A program made the position numbers and the translations under genes. The notes beneath the pieces were generated by a model. The model saw only the letters and a program-made list of their open reading frames with translations. It ran no database searches and was not told the DNA's origin. Positions 7,301 to 10,512 of a stretch of 10,512 bases of DNA are shown one piece after another. This DNA comes from a virus (lineage: Duplodnaviria > Heunggongvirae > Uroviricota > Caudoviricetes). The stretch lies in the IMG/VR virus record IMGVR_UViG_3300042946_000906. One strand, written 5' to 3'. Within the stretch, counting starts at the first letter, position 1; the number at the start of each line of letters is the position of its first letter.

Positions 7301-9557
7301 TTTGTTTATTAATCCAATCATCTGCTCTAACATTGCCTGTAAAAGAAATTCTGTTACCACCTTTAGTAGTAGATGTTATGTATCCTTCTTTGGTTAATTT
7401 ATTACCTAACCATTTACCATTTACAGGTGGATAACCCATATACGGCTTGCGTTCTTCAGATGTTACAGTTCCTGCTTCTTGATACTTATTACTAACAGAC
7501 ATCATATCAGCATTACCAAACCAAGTACCACCACGTTTTGCAACAGGCATTTGATTATTAAGATTGTTATCATTTTGACTAACAGAGTTCAATAATTTTA
7601 ATGTACCTTCTTTTCCAAAGTAATCATTTAAGTCTTTAAAACCTTGATTTGTATTTAAGTCAATATCATTATATAAAGATTTTAAATCTTCTTCATTAAG
7701 TTCTCTATTTAAAAATTCTTTATTACCACTGTTATACAAGTTATCTCTAACCTCATTTAATCTTGCACGTACTTCTGTAGGTTCTGTAAAATAGTCATAC
7801 TTAAATTTATTATCATCTGTTTTTGGAACTTTTAATGAATTTATTAAGTCTACATCTTTTAGAGGTATTGCAGAAACTTCATCATCTTCTCTGTTTTTTA
7901 ATTCTTTTCTTAGTAGTCTACTATTTAATCTAAATTTTTTCTGACCTTCAGCAAATAGATTATCTATAAAATGACTTTTTTCATGTACAGCAACACCTCT
8001 ATTAAAATCATTGGAAAAGTTACCACCTAAAGTATCTAATTCATTTCTGTCAAATGGATAATTAATAGTTCTTTCTTCTGGACTAAAATAAGCAACTGCT
8101 CCAGGTTTATAACTGTCTTCAGATGTGTTTATTTTTTTTCCTTTTAGTTCTTGTAAATTTCTATTTCTTATATCATTATATAAATCAAAAGAATTATTTT
8201 CTACTGTAGATTCTGTTAGTAATTTTTTATATTGTGGTGAGTTCATCCATTCTTCATGAAAGAAAGTACTTGGATATTCATTTTCACTTACAACTTTATC
8301 AAAAAGATTTTTTCTTTTTTCTACAGCATCCGGATTAAAGTTCTTTTTAATAAAAGCATTGTGTTCTTCTTGCGCTTTTCTTTTAGCTTCCTCTTCTTTT
8401 ATTTTTTCTTCTTCACGTACCTTTTTTATATTCTCTAATTGATATGTAGTATTTTCTTCTATTTTTCTTTGTCGCTCTTCATCAGTAAGTCCTTCTAATG
8501 TACTACTTGGTTCACCACCTTCTTGAGCAACAGCCAGCATGTCATTAGTGTTATTATTATTTTGAGCAATGTTATTCATTAACCATATAAGATCTTCTTC
8601 AGAATAGTTTTTTAAAGCTCTGTCTTTTATATGAACAGGTAATTTATCTAAATGCTCTTTTGTAAATTCTTCAAAACCAGGTTTATAAATACCAAGTTTT
8701 GCAGCTTCATACTGCAATGCTTTTTGATCAGCATAATTTTCATTAGCACCTCTTGATATTTTTCTGTCTTTGTTTCTTGTTTGCAACTGCTCATAATCAT
8801 ATCTATTATAACCAGGTGTTTGTTTTCCAAAAAACGATTTACTATCATCTAACACAGAATGTCCAAACTCATGTGCAAGTACAGTATCTTGTGGCAAAAC
8901 ACTTTCATATTCTTTAGACCATATTTCAGAATCTTTTTCAGGAGCATGATGCACTGTGTTAGTGTTAGGTTGATAATATGTACCAAGTCTATTTTCATCA
9001 TATACATATTCTGTTTTACCTACATTTGATTTTCTTTGATTAATTACTTTGTCAACATCAAGGTATCCTGAATTTTCTAAATTTCTTTTATATAATGGCG
9101 AGTCTATGTAATTGTTAAACCATTCTTTTACTTTGTTAAAATCTTTTTCGCCACCGTCTTGCATTATTGTATTTTCATTACCACATTTATGACAAGTAGT
9201 AACATCATTACCTCCATCTGCAGCTTTCCACGACCAACCACAATTAGAACACTTTATAGTCTTATTAAGTAAACCACCATATTTTGCCATAGGTGTTTCA
9301 ATCACGCGCGATCCAGGATATTCATATCTTTGTCCAGGAAACATTTCTTGTCTGTTGCCAAACTCATCCATGCCAACAAGAGGAGTGCTTACTCCTTCCA
9401 TTGTAATAGAGGTTCCTTCCGGTGTACCATAAATAGTATTGGAAGGATTATTTCTATATGGAGAATCGTCTTTGTATCCTTGTCTGGATACGTCTTCACG
9501 TACTTTTTGAGCTTGACCTGTGATGAACTTCATCAATATTTCTCTATTTGCTGCCAT
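4317..9557 (-). CDS. 1746-aa modular (polyvalent/polyprotein-like) putative virion-injected protein: N-terminal domain, Zn ribbon, 3x HExxH zincin-like modules, NlpC/P60-like peptidase, lysozyme-like domain
   Basis: Uninterrupted ORF, ATG (overlapping the upstream TAA as TAATG) to TAG. Motifs are listed in the sub-features. Confidence 0.92.
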   Translation of the reverse strand: MAANREILMKFITGQAQKVREDVSRQGYKDDSPYRNNPSNTIYGTPEGTSITMEGVSTPLVGMDEFGNRQEMFPGQRYEYPGSRVIETPMAKYGGLLNKTIKCSNCGWSWKAADGGNDVTTCHKCGNENTIMQDGGEKDFNKVKEWFNNYIDSPLYKRNLENSGYLDVDKVINQRKSNVGKTEYVYDENRLGTYYQPNTNTVHHAPEKDSEIWSKEYESVLPQDTVLAHEFGHSVLDDSKSFFGKQTPGYNRYDYEQLQTRNKDRKISRGANENYADQKALQYEAAKLGIYKPGFEEFTKEHLDKLPVHIKDRALKNYSEEDLIWLMNNIAQNNNNTNDMLAVAQEGGEPSSTLEGLTDEERQRKIEENTTYQLENIKKVREEEKIKEEEAKRKAQEEHNAFIKKNFNPDAVEKRKNLFDKVVSENEYPSTFFHEEWMNSPQYKKLLTESTVENNSFDLYNDIRNRNLQELKGKKINTSEDSYKPGAVAYFSPEERTINYPFDRNELDTLGGNFSNDFNRGVAVHEKSHFIDNLFAEGQKKFRLNSRLLRKELKNREDDEVSAIPLKDVDLINSLKVPKTDDNKFKYDYFTEPTEVRARLNEVRDNLYNSGNKEFLNRELNEEDLKSLYNDIDLNTNQGFKDLNDYFGKEGTLKLLNSVSQNDNNLNNQMPVAKRGGTWFGNADMMSVSNKYQEAGTVTSEERKPYMGYPPVNGKWLGNKLTKEGYITSTTKGGNRISFTGNVRADDWINKQIDSGKFGFDPATGGTFPLKKPVKGLSKEDQFIGSRTFDDLQAPQGFTTESQEAQIKKLPEWQQDIINEVNTKRRKAVVRDQWDEVYKSPLWYAPGVIATGGLGLLGLEAAGAAAAPYITGALATQLPGMAAVPGATVGNAITAGFAGHGLANVGPDTVEMYKNPNWSNAGSLGMDILEIAPIAGPAAKTIGEGLSATRKALGTEEGLLSKFKPKQNYTLPEYMSLEAPKGNMYGENQVLVQQQRLLNPDIKAKFFEHQAPEFVPSKPTNSLLNFEKSPKDFGNRITPENYEDFVNRIHGSTAYDFAASSSKKPGNLGVGNYDMPGKVFKDAPLNQLGKDIINAHEKNHGIFAGTLSKEMQEALLKPFGTKKAVPHYAAKHQADEVLARMAQFKNAVGIGDNQIFTLGHLNLIRKNYAKQFLDNSITEMLAKIKPGSAGEKEFLKNMNKYAFGVTGAGALTYKALQEEDPKYKQGGLIEYQEAGTVKPTNTSDKNTHTREMAQRVVQLAEERIRNNNYVDVPKDIEDIAKARGESAFSCIGGVCTVLKDAGVMDRVDWSNTHFSEHAKEYGFTANQGWGLKGIQNLEPGDVLQYNNKSNEQGNYYPGHSQIYLGKDASGQLRFFDNFWGTEKTYFESEVKDLLDSSRKKTEPSATIYKVNPYNDSNPWGLSPEALQNYKDKQELIEKESKSKQSYIWSVAKNAKNYNDTTKRVIDSFIEYANDNDKINDLVKKTGKSKAEIHDSLLNVFGELGAENNWTTSKGKGIGSRLENIAESVITAFGGGKKLSVGPGQIKYAFIPKDLKEKFNIKSSNDLYDLDKVLPLMTALDLRDKQVLENWGKNNTLSKKLFGFTNPVETEWIEGQGSVPISGGFTVEDLPSYNNSDSTLNHGVGRYSPYLRNQYSSISSGTTWENGDDWLPFNEGTMTNYSPAENNKSGKEEMRVKYERDPGSYPYKVEQNWRDNLDRTMYTTQPSGSPQELDEVIIEAIRKKKTS
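4758..5150 (-). other. Lysozyme-fold / lytic-transglycosylase-like domain (approximate limits)
   Basis: Helix ending in a candidate catalytic Glu (VFGELGAE1506NN, 5040..5042), then the G-x-x-Q-type motif SVGPGQI (4923..4943), then DLYDLDK, in the order expected for SLT/lysozyme-like folds. The E-to-GxxQ spacing (38 aa) is longer than typical. Confidence 0.5.
5400..5720 (-). other. NlpC/P60 (CHAP-related) Cys-His peptidase/amidase-like domain (approximate limits)
   Basis: FSC1290IG (5688..5690) ... LEPGDVLQY ... PGH1359SQIYLG (5481..5483) ... FFDN parallels the family DCSG ... PGDl ... GHvgiY signature. Confidence 0.75.
5846..5869. repeat. 24-nt exact direct repeat, copy 1 (TTACAGTTCCTGCTTCTTGATACT), encoding YQEAGTV
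   Basis: Identical to 7463..7486; the flanking bases differ on both sides. Confidence 0.95.
6150..6272 (-). other. Zincin-like motif 3: HEKNH (6258..6272) ... E1136 (ADEVLARM)
   Basis: HExxH plus a distal Glu in an E-x-x-A-R helix, similar to module 2. Confidence 0.6.
7463..7486. repeat. 24-nt exact direct repeat, copy 2 (TTACAGTTCCTGCTTCTTGATACT), encoding YQEAGTV
   Basis: Identical to 5846..5869. Confidence 0.95.
7773..7985 (-). other. Zincin-like motif 2: HEKSH (7971..7985) ... E595 (PTEVRARL)
   Basis: HExxH plus a distal Glu. Confidence 0.65.
8739..8873 (-). other. Zincin-like motif 1: HEFGH (8859..8873) ... E273 (ANENYAD)
   Basis: VLAHEFGHSV is a canonical zincin HExxH context with a distal Glu. 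Confidence 0.7.
9183..9251 (-). other. C4 zinc-ribbon-like motif CSNC-x15-CHKC (aa 103-125)
   Basis: Two CxxC pairs, each followed by Gly, in a 41-aa segment bracketed by KYGG and QDGG. Confidence 0.75.
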
Positions 9558-10512
9558 TATCGAGGACTTAATAAGTATTTATTATTTACAAATTTAAGAA
9601 TCATTTTTCTATCATTACTAATGTTTTTACGTAATATAATTTTATTACCGTAATGTCTAAACTTTTTATGTTGCAATGGTTGTTTAGAATAGTTAACATA
9701 AGCAGGATTAATTATTTTGTGATAACCATCAGCAGCAGTAATCCACATTGGAACAGTGTTGTTAGTAAACTCACCTCTGTCTGCAGTAACATCATAAAAC
9801 TGATTGAATCTGAATTTGTTTTCTTCTTTGCTAAATTGAATATCAATAGAGTCAATGTTTACAACAGGGTAAGTCAACAATGTCAACGGATTGTTTTTAG
9901 TTTTTAAATTTAACTTCAGTAATCCACTATTTTGTTCAGAGTTAAAAATGATGGCTCTGTCAAAGTTTTCATCAAGAATATGATTAAAGTCTTTACCATC
10001 ATTATAATACTTGTACACATCAAGAGTATATTCAAAATTTCTTAATGTTGTAATTGTGTTAGGTGTAACAACACTATATTCAATTTCCCAAGGGTAATCA
10101 TCACCATAGTAATTTGCAAAACTATCAGTGCGAACATTATGTCTCCAAATTTTACTTATTGAATTACTTGCAGGTTTAATTAAAGTATAACTTGACAAAC
10201 AAACTAATGGGTTTTGATTTACATAACCAGGCGTACCAGCTTGTATAACATCATCACATGCACCAATTGTTGATACTTCTGCACCAGGTTCACAAACAGT
10301 AGGGCACTTACATGTAACTTTTTTACAAATTGGAGGAGTGGTTTCACTACATGCTCCAATTAATGTATAACCTGGAGGACAACTGCATGTTGGTGGTGCA
10401 TCACATATGGTTCCTGCAACAGCATTTGCAATAAAAGCAGCTGTATTATTTGGAAAAGTACCATTAGCGACCATGTTAAATTGATTAGCTGTTACACTGC
10501 ATGTGATTGCAG
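9557..10512 (-). CDS. C-terminal part of a large protein, 5'-truncated by the window edge; tentatively a tail muzzle/nozzle ('stabilization', P22 gp10 / T7 gp12-like) protein with a Cys-rich stretch
   Basis: The frame stays open from 10474 to the window end (AITCSVTANQFN-M...), so the tracked Met is probably internal. The C-terminal region is aromatic- and beta-strand-rich (IWRHN..YYG..YPWEIEY; FDRAIIFNSEQNSG; KKFRH), which I recall as resembling the C-termini of crAss-like tail proteins. The ORF is solid; the function call is from memory and gene position only. Confidence 0.55.
   Translation of the reverse strand, partial: AITCSVTANQFNMVANGTFPNNTAAFIANAVAGTICDAPPTCSCPPGYTLIGACSETTPPICKKVTCKCPTVCEPGAEVSTIGACDDVIQAGTPGYVNQNPLVCLSSYTLIKPASNSISKIWRHNVRTDSFANYYGDDYPWEIEYSVVTPNTITTLRNFEYTLDVYKYYNDGKDFNHILDENFDRAIIFNSEQNSGLLKLNLKTKNNPLTLLTYPVVNIDSIDIQFSKEENKFRFNQFYDVTADRGEFTNNTVPMWITAADGYHKIINPAYVNYSKQPLQHKKFRHYGNKIILRKNISNDRKMILKFVNNKYLLSPR

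Larger units (their letters stand above)
1..10512 (-). mobile_element. Segment of a tailed bacteriophage genome (virion tail plus internal/ejected cargo protein operon), probably a Bacteroidota-infecting, podovirus/crAss-like lineage
   Basis: All real ORFs are co-oriented and tightly packed (1-nt overlap at 9557, 2-nt gap at 4315-4316). The proteins are very large and unlike housekeeping proteins, with peptidoglycan-hydrolase-like and zincin-like modules. No SD motifs; AT-rich. No capsid, terminase or integrase gene is in the window, so phage identity and lineage are inferred. Confidence 0.75.

Noticed and set aside
5846-7486. 24-nt repeat as a CRISPR repeat, att site or IS end
   Set aside because: Only two copies, 1.6 kb apart, in frame within a CDS. 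There are no spacers, no integrase or transposase, and no inverted ends.
1744-9557. Large virion-packaged RNA polymerase subunits, as expected near this position in crAss-like genomes
   Set aside because: No DxDGD/DFDID-type catalytic motif was seen in either large protein; the visible motifs are peptidase- and hydrolase-like.
2093-9907. Remaining short tracked ORFs (2093..2353, 2720..2902, 7222..7434, 8256..8438, 8648..8848, 9330..9653, 9653..9907)
   Set aside because: Shadow ORFs nested in long CDSs, with no motifs or independent start context.
1-10512. Eukaryotic giant-virus origin suggested by GG cleavage-like motifs and EGF-like Cys pattern
   Set aside because: Overlapping operon-style genes and peptidoglycan-hydrolase-like domains fit a bacterial host better. 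This is not formally excluded without hallmark genes.

Overview
AT-rich window (roughly 30% GC by eye) holding five co-oriented minus-strand CDSs with almost no intergenic space. In transcription order: (1) the C-terminal end of a large protein (9557..>10512) that I tentatively read as a podovirus/crAss-like tail muzzle ('stabilization') protein, carrying a Cys-rich stretch; (2) a 1746-aa multidomain protein (4317..9557); (3) an 856-aa protein (1744..4314); (4) a 508-aa Gln/Gly-rich protein (167..1693); (5) the first 24 codons of a further gene missing from the ORF track (<1..73). The best overall reading is the virion cargo/ejection-protein block of a tailed phage, probably infecting Bacteroidota. 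Support for that host: no Shine-Dalgarno sites, a TAnnTTTG-type promoter motif and peptidoglycan-hydrolase-like domains. The most striking structure is that the 1746-aa protein is a string of discrete modules: an N-terminal domain, a Zn ribbon, three paralogous HExxH...E zincin-like domains, and an NlpC/P60 plus lysozyme-like unit. These modules are separated by a recurring [K/Q]-x-x-G-G/A-G motif, and two junctions share an exact 24-nt DNA repeat. The same motif family recurs in the two downstream genes. This suggests a cassette-like, possibly proteolytically processed polyprotein of injected effectors. All functional calls come from motif reading by eye; no database search was run. No RNA genes, CRISPR arrays or IS elements were seen.
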